A stretch of 64,000 nucleotides of DNA from Trypanosoma brucei (Eukaryota): the NCBI GenBank assembly GCA_000002445.1, contig CP000069.1, positions 1,376,001 through 1,440,000 on the forward strand, read 5' to 3'. The position numbers and the translations under genes are program-made. Below the pieces are notes generated by a model that saw nothing but the letters and a program-made list of their open reading frames with translations, was not told the DNA's origin and did no database searches. The first letter of the stretch is position 1. Every line of letters begins with the position of its first letter. Positions 56,997 to 64,000 of this stretch are shown piece by piece.

Positions 56997-57493
56997 GCGA
57001 TGCCGACCACCTCAACGTGGTGCCAGGGTCCAGTACCCCGTATCATCGGGGGAAGCCAAGAGCCAGCAGCGTTCCTTTCATGGGGAACACTGCTGTGCTC
57101 CGGCTACGGCATCATACAGCACAGGGATCAGCAGCGTCTTGCTGGGACACCGTTTTTCATTTGTCGGTCCCTGGGCACGTGCCAGCGTGCCATCAGCAGT
57201 ATCATCCGCACTAAGATGCTGCTGTCCGGTGATGTGGACCTCCAAAAAAGGATTGCCAATTGGCATCTTTTGGAGAGTCCAGGGTGGGAGGCTTCTCGCC
57301 CCATCTGCTGTATTCCGTTCATATGCGGAAATACAACAAAAATTATAGAGGGTGTGTTAGGATGAATGAAAAAGGGAGACTCTGCCACAGTCGCCAGACC
57401 GATAGCATCTCAGGGCTCTACGGTGATGGCTGATGGCCGCGCCAGTGGGGGGAAACTCTCACGAAGGCACGAAGAAAATTCTAAAAAAAAAAA
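56997..57493 (+). mobile_element. RIME (ribosomal mobile element, 497 bp), consisting of ingi 5' 251 bp plus ingi 3' 246 bp, with terminal poly(A) at 57483..57493
   Basis: 56997..57247 matches ingi 51730..51980 and 57248..57493 matches ingi 56734..56979. It ends in A11 followed by the TSD. Confidence 0.88.
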
Positions 57494-57510
57494 TTTTGCT
57501 TCATTCCCTG
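57494..57510 (+). repeat. Target-site duplication copy 3
   Basis: ttttgcttcattccctg is followed directly by RHS sequence cttcacttccatgaaggaatgcttgatg, colinear with 46571.. in the intact copy. Confidence 0.8.
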
Positions 57511-60500
57511 CTTCACTTCCATGAAGGAATGCTTGATGTTGTTGCGTATTTCACGGGCGGGATAGCCTACTTAATATATAACGATAAACCCGGTGAAGAG
57601 GGGAGAGTTGAGCAGTATAAAGGCGTGACAGCTTCTGTGAGGGGAATAAATGCAGTAAAGTACGAAAAGACAGGTCACATCATTATGGACACAAGGTACG
57701 CAACGCAGCAGCTGTATACTCATCTTCCCTCTTATACTTGGGGTGTAACTTTCCTCACTTTTCCGAATAGTGCCCGTTTTGATGACTGGACTACAAATAG
57801 GGGAGGCCGCCAAATTATTATAAACTGTGATGATGTGCGTGACATGAAGGCATTTGTGGTATGGAAAAAGCTGTCTGTAGCATCATGCTATGCGATACTT
57901 GATAAAGAGTCACAGGTGAGGATTGTAGAAGAAATCAAAAATGAGTGGAAAACAATAGAGGGCCGTGTTGATGTAGTTGGGCCAGTGCCTCGTTGCGTTT
58001 ACGACAGCATGGAGTACACAAAACGTGTGTCTCAGGCAAAAAAGACGATAACGGCCATCAATGATGATAACAAAAGACACTACGAGGACATAATGATGAA
58101 AATTGCCGGTTGGCAAAATGATAAGGTAACGCACAGGTTAGTGAGAATCGTTCGTGTGCGAGATGCCGGAGAGAGCATCGATGGATACCGCTGCAGGCCA
58201 CTTTCGGCTTGCATTGGGAATGCTATATTTTTAAAACTGCTTTCCATTATTGTGCAGAAAATGGCTATCCGTCAAGTTATGATTTCAGACGAGAGTGCTG
58301 CGGCCAACGTTTTCAAATCGGGGGCGTTGTTTGCATTTCTTTTTCCTCGAGTTTTTAAAGTTATCAGAGACAACATAAAATACCTGCGGCGGCCGGGTGG
58401 ACCGGAAGAGAAACGATGCATACTGAAAGACATGACTCCTCAGCAGTTGAGACTCACTGGGCAGAAGTTTTTACCAGATGCCAGACAGCAGCCAATGGAG
58501 AAGTGTGAATACATGGTTCTCTACCGCCCTGCCACAGTCAATGAACCCGTGGTGGATGGCTTTTTTTTCGTTGAGGGGCGGCTCAGGAAAACTCCTAAGG
58601 GCAGGGCGGCACTGACCACTCCAAATATAGCTGTGCTTTTACAAGTAACCAAGTTGGCATGTCACCCCACCACTGCGTCAAAGGTGCAGAAGTTCCGAGA
58701 AAACATGGCAAGATATTTTTCTGATTGGGGTGCGTTTTCCAGCAACATGGTTTGGGAGATGATATACATCAATGGAGCTAGTGGTGGTGTGATTACAAGA
58801 TGGCAGCTTTGTGATGGCGACGACCCCGCCGAAGCGGCTGATATGTGGAGAAACATGACTCAATACCAAGTAACGTTAAGAGAAGAAATGCAGGGGCAGC
58901 TAATGCGAGCATATGCAGAAGAAGGTTGGTATCGGGATGCTCCACTTCTGGCCATGGAGCCTGCGCCGCAGCCACGCAACGAGCAAGCGGGAGCGCAAGG
59001 AGGGTGAGGCGATTTCACAGCATTGAGTGAGGTAGAAGCTGAGTAAAAATATCCGGCCTGGTATGTTATGGTGGACGCGAGCAGTCAACAGTGTACGGTG
59101 CTAATGTGGGGCGAGGCGGCGTTTTTTCCATTCAAAGTCAAATTGAGTTATCGTATCATTGGGAGGCCAGCAGTCCTAACTGCCAAAACAGGGTAAATGG
59201 CTTTGTCTTAATGCTTGACATGACAGGATGCGCTGCAAGGGAGTAATATTCAGCAAATAGCGGCTATAGTAATCATCTTATTCTTTTCAACAAGCAGTCA
59301 AATGCGGCGGTTAGTGCAGGAAAGGGACGTGATAATTCGCTTGAGTGTCGGGAGGGATGGGAGGGAAGTGGAAATGAAGACGACTAAGGAATAGTAAAAG
59401 TAGTATTTTATCGGCTAACGCGTAACTGGAGTTAAGCCACATCGTAATCTTAAGGGGCACAGAGAAAGACAGAAATAATGTTATCGACGGACGTAAGAAA
59501 ACATTGTAACGTTTTGTTTTCATTTTTGCTATTACCAACTCAAGAATTGGATTATACTAGACTAACTCTTCACATCTTCCTTTCATTTATACAATCTAAA
59601 TTTTCCATCCGTGTAGAGATAGGAATCTATAGTCCAATGATAAAAGGAACAAAAATGTAATAGTACTTTTCGCTTCTTCGCCATCCGTGGTGGAGAGAGA
59701 GTATTGGAAACATGCCTCAACTCTAACTCTGCTGAATCCTATTTCCAGTAGGTGTAATGGGAGAGGGATTGTGACGGAGTGAAATATGCAAACATTAGAA
59801 GCAGTTACTGGATGTGCTGTTTCATATACGAGCTGTTATAATTATATTATACATGTTAGTTATGGTTGCAGTTATGGAGCAGCTCTTGATGGTGTTCTTC
59901 GCAGACGCGCAGCTGGTGACGTGATTGTGTCCATTTTCCTCTCTCACTCTCTTTCTTTCTTCAATTATTTGTCGGTGTGCAAACATACTATGATATGTTG
60001 TCTTCTCTTTACTTATAATCACTTCTGTTATCCTGGTTGAGGGTTGGCAGTTGGGCCTCTCTCCACACGTGGCAACCTTAAACTTATGTTGCTGGTTGCC
60101 TCCAGCAGCAAATCCCATATCATCATCAACATTGATACGAAAACCATGCAGTGATCGTATGTAACGGCAGCAGTGGAGTGACCATGACCTCGTCTATTGA
60201 CCCACATGTGCGAACTTATTTCTCTATTCAAGTCAATGGGGAATGGTGCATGCCCCTCCTTGCGATACCCCAGAGGGTGAAAGTTGTTGCTGTTTGGTCA
60301 ATAATTTTGCTATTCTTAGTCAGGTAACACTAGAGATGAATAATTTGTTTTTTTACACGCGGATGCGTACAATTTTGGGGTGGAGTAAATGGATTGTATC
60401 AGCCCCAACGAATTTCTTAAATACTACGCAGTTTTTCTCAATGAAGTGCTGATGTGCGTTTACCGGTACATGATCCGTTTGTGTCGGGATGTATTACGAA

Positions 60501-62013
60501 CCCTGAGGAACACAGGCCGCTTGCATCCACATGTTTCTATTGCGATAAATGACCGCCAGAAGAGTATTCGAATTGTTTGTGTCGACGGAAGGATCGTGAG
60601 GTTGTATGTTTTTGTTGGCGATGGGAAACACGCTGTAATTTCTCAACACCTTGATAACTTGAGTTCAGGCAAGTGCTCGATTAACGATGTTTTAGTTGAA
60701 GGTTTGTTGTGGAATTCACTGACGTAAATGAAGCGAATGACTACCTTATAGCAGTTCACCATAGAGACATTGAGCAGTACAAGAGACTCACTTGGGGTTG
60801 TCGCTAGAATTATTCTCCTTTTCACATCACAATCAATTTGCACGACACACATTACAGTCAGCCATGGGCAAGCAAGCTGTTGGAACCATTGCGTATATTC
60901 AGTACATTAGAAATGGACACAGTACTTATGTTAAGTGCTTACTCTCAACGTTCCCTTTGCTGGACGAAGGCTATGAACCTAAGCAACTACAAAATATTAG
61001 TTGCAGGAATTAGTACGATGGTATGCATTATGACCTATAGAGGCTACAATATTGAAGACTCAAAGGTGTACAACTGCAGTTCGCTCAACTGTGGCTACGG
61101 GTGCTGTGTTGTTTTTTGTAAGCATGAGATGGAACTGGAAAGACTTCCCAACGGTGAGTATGATATAATTCTTCCAACAGATTGAAATGTTGCGAGACGC
61201 AATGCCTTTAATAGTGATGGTATTGCCAGTAGTAAAGGGGCGGTTATTCGTCAGTTTGATATTTTGGTAAACAAATAAACTCCCGTGCTGTCCATAAAAA
61301 CAAGACCTAATTTTCTTGAATATAAATACCCTCAGCCTGCTTTTGTGAACCAAATGTGGTCATCTCTCACCTTCCAGTGACTCGGATATATCAATGGATG
61401 TAGAACAATAAAGTTAAAGTTTCTACGAGAGAAGTTCGCGGTCCCGAGTCCTGAAATAAGTTTTCCTCACGGCACTGGCTGGAGGGAGTAGTGGATCTCA
61501 TCACTGATGGTGTATTAACATGCCCTTCAATGAGTAAAGGCATTTTCCCAGATATGATCAATAAATTCTCATGGATTCCCGAGCCGTATGACAGTTGGAA
61601 AGTTGCTGGAACTTGTTAGCTTAAAGGTGTGAGTGCATTCACGGAAAAATTCGGCGATGGCAATGCCTTTGGGTACTGATAAGGATGAAGAGCTGGATGA
61701 GGAATTGATACAACATGGATACAATTATCTTCGAGGAGATGATGCATATTTTCCACTCGGGCATAACGGGGAAGATGATACGCACTTATGTTTTCTTTGA
61801 CCCCATTTATTACCAACACCTCAAACACATGGTTACTGATAAGATTAATGTTCATGCCACTTGGCGGGCCCCGTTTCATGCTGACGAGGTCAACACATTC
61901 AAAGTCGATTCCGCAGTGGAGGTTTGCGTATTGTTGAAATGGAAAGGGATTACATGGTTATATATATGGTGCATCTAAATTTCTCAATGATAGCGAGTTC
62001 TTGTGATCTCATA

Positions 62014-62073
62014 CCTCTTCACAATTTATATTTGATGCTGCTCCTGTGGGTTATAAATGGTGAGAAGAGGACA
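62014..62073 (+). repeat. Dispersed ~60 bp repeat, copy B
   Basis: See copy A at 39895..39954. Confidence 0.8.
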
Positions 62074-64000
62074 GGTATTGCTCATAATGTAATGCCAAAA
62101 ATACCCGTCTCACGTGTAAATTCCCCCTATGTGTTCAAGCTTTTACTTCAGGAACTTCAAGGAATGGGAATAAGTACGTGTCTTTCGCTTGATTTTATGG
62201 GATCGGATTGGTAGAAAGAGAAGAAAGTGTGATTGCTCTTTTTTTCTTTTCTTTTTTTCACATCTCTCCTGTACTAAGAAAGATGAATCAGGTGAAGTTG
62301 ATCTGCACACTAAAGTGCCAACCGTCACATGAGGATTTTTTTTTAAAAATAATATGTGGCACCAAATGTGTAACTCAGTAATTGTGTTAATTTTCATTGT
62401 TCGTTTTGTTATCACTCGATAACCAAAGAAGGAGGGACAGAAAACAACAACGAAAATAACGATTTCGCAGTTTTATGCCGAGAAAATTCAGTGAAATTGT
62501 ATTCACTCCTTCAACTATTTTCTTTTCTTTTGCTTTATTTTAAATACATTGATATATTAATGTGTCTGAAGGTGACTCTATAGGAAGTGTATGTAACATG
62601 AGTAGTCGATACATGCGGAAAGGAAATGAGGATGTGAGAGTTTCTGTGTTGTTCCATATCGACGAGGGTGCTGTTCCGCCTATGCATGCTTTAGCTCTGC
62701 TTGTGGTGTTGCTGTCATCTTTGGAAAAAATGCAGATCAAGACGACCAGTGCCGTGTGGATTTCTTTACTCCTCTCGCTGAGATTCCAGAAAATCGCATT
62801 GTGGCTGCTGTTCCGAACACAACTGTTTGGACGGTAGATGACATTCATGATGATGATGTTGAGGGGCTCATGCCACCATTGCAGTCCTGTCAGAAGGACT
62901 GTTCATCACCATCTGTTTCTAAACATTTTTCATAAATAAAAGTTATTATTATTATTGTATCTCTCTTCCTCATGGTCACATTGGCAGAAGCGACATCAGT
63001 TATGTCCACCAGACGCGTCTAAAAATAAAAGCGATGTGGAGGTCCCTGTTGCCACCGCGTTTCTAAAAGTACTTCCAGCAAACAGTATTGTAGCAACCAT
63101 GGAAGTGTATGCTAAAAATGTATCGGTACACACACAAACTCACTCATGTCACTTGACAAAAAATCGAATGAAGTTGAACTTAAAAGAAGGACAGGTGCTT
63201 TTCGTCATGCCTTTTAGTGGATTTAATGATTTCCCAAAATGTGGCTGAGGGAAATGTTGCATTGCGGCGGTGTGATGCCTGGCAGTTTCGTTCTCTCATG
63301 AGGTCAAATCCTTTAAAATGTGCGAAACAAAGTCTTTTGGTTTGTGACGATGATGCGGCGCATTGGCTGTTGGAAACAGTTGTAGCCGTAAAGGAATATA
63401 TTTCACTTCATTTAAGAAGCAACGGGTTGACACCTGGCGTAACGCCGTTATGTTGCTGCCTTCCGCATGCATGTGCTCGCAAAACTTGGGGAAGGGGAAC
63501 CACAATGCAAGCGGCTGCAGTTGCGTTTTTTTTTTAGCTGACATCCCCACTCTTTCCTCTTCCCCACACCAAAGAGGACAAAATTAATACTGTACAGGCA
63601 TCCTATTTCCGCAGTTGGCTTGTACTAATTAGTTCTTTTAACTGTAATTATAATTGAAGGAAAGAGAATGATTGGCAACCGTCCCTTATATCCCGTGGTT
63701 GTTTCACTTCCCTGCGCGCTACTGCTGAAGGAAAAACACTGTTAATTAGTTTATTTTCATAATAGTGAAGAGGTGACGTTATTGAAATGGTGGGCCCAAG
63801 TGAAGTGACGTAATGGCGTTTTTTTTCTTGATTTTTTTCTTTTTCACCTCAGAATAAGTTTGTGATATTTTTCTAAATCTACTTTGTTACGTGTGTGTGT
63901 GTGTGTGTTCCCTGCCGCCTCCCCAATCCCTTTTCTGTGCGTACAGTTACTGCAGCTTTTTTTGGTTAGCACCGCAGAGTTTCGTGCGTAATTTTATGGT

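Larger units (their letters stand above)
50713..59007 (+). pseudogene. RHS: RHS gene disrupted by ingi plus RIME insertion. The RHS 5' part is 50713..51729 and the 3' part is 57511..59007.
   Basis: Comparison with the uninterrupted copy shows colinearity up to ...SFLLHSL (nt 51729) and again from LLHFHEGMLDVVAYFT... (nt 57511). The intervening 5.78 kb is retroelement sequence. The reassembled RHS would be about 840 aa with an intact P-loop (IVIGTPGIGKSCG). Confidence 0.8.

Noticed and set aside
57433-59007. 524 aa ORF starting MAAPVGGNSHEGTKKI...
   Set aside because: Its first 26 codons are RIME 3'-terminal sequence and poly(A) read through (KKK). The remainder is the displaced 3' half of the RHS gene, not an independent gene.

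Overview
This window looks like Trypanosoma brucei-group nuclear DNA. Every convincing gene lies on the + strand, which fits a single polycistronic transcription unit, and there are no introns. Genes are densely packed, with 0.3-1.8 kb spacers that carry polypyrimidine tracts and dinucleotide microsatellites. The 3' third contains retrotransposon-hot-spot (RHS) pseudogenes and an ingi plus RIME non-LTR retroelement pair, both lineage-specific to T. brucei. The track provided allows non-ATG starts (TTG/GTG translated as M), so I moved several starts to the first in-frame ATG.

From 5' to 3' the confident calls are: a PHO80-like cyclin, an SDS22-type LRR/coiled-coil protein, ribosomal protein L15e, the V-ATPase c'' proteolipid, two hypotheticals, a TTC39/IML2-family TPR protein, a multi-pass membrane protein with a degenerate lipase-3-like domain, polo-like kinase (kinase domain plus polo box), a DDB1/CPSF160-family beta-propeller protein, two identical tandem copies of 60S acidic ribosomal protein P2 on a ~600 bp repeat unit, a 220 aa hypothetical, and a 2946 aa giant hypothetical.

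After an ~8 kb AT-rich ORF-poor stretch (37.5-45.5 kb) come (i) a 3'-truncated RHS pseudogene (45549-47003) and (ii) a second RHS copy (50713-59007). The second copy is split at a single site by a 5250 bp ingi element (51730-56979) followed directly by a 497 bp RIME (56997-57493). Both elements end in poly(A), and a 17 bp target-site duplication is present three times. The ingi reading frame is almost intact: 1659 codons with one in-frame TAA. It carries a 2A-like DVEENPGP motif, an APE-type endonuclease, a reverse transcriptase (FADD motif), an RNase H and C-terminal C2H2 zinc fingers, and it is in frame with the upstream RHS fragment. Both RHS copies share a ~430 bp duplicated 5' flank. A ~60 bp dispersed repeat brackets the whole RHS/ingi block at 39.9 kb and 62.0 kb.

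No tRNA, rRNA or CRISPR features were found. Prokaryote-style defence systems would not be expected in this eukaryotic genome.
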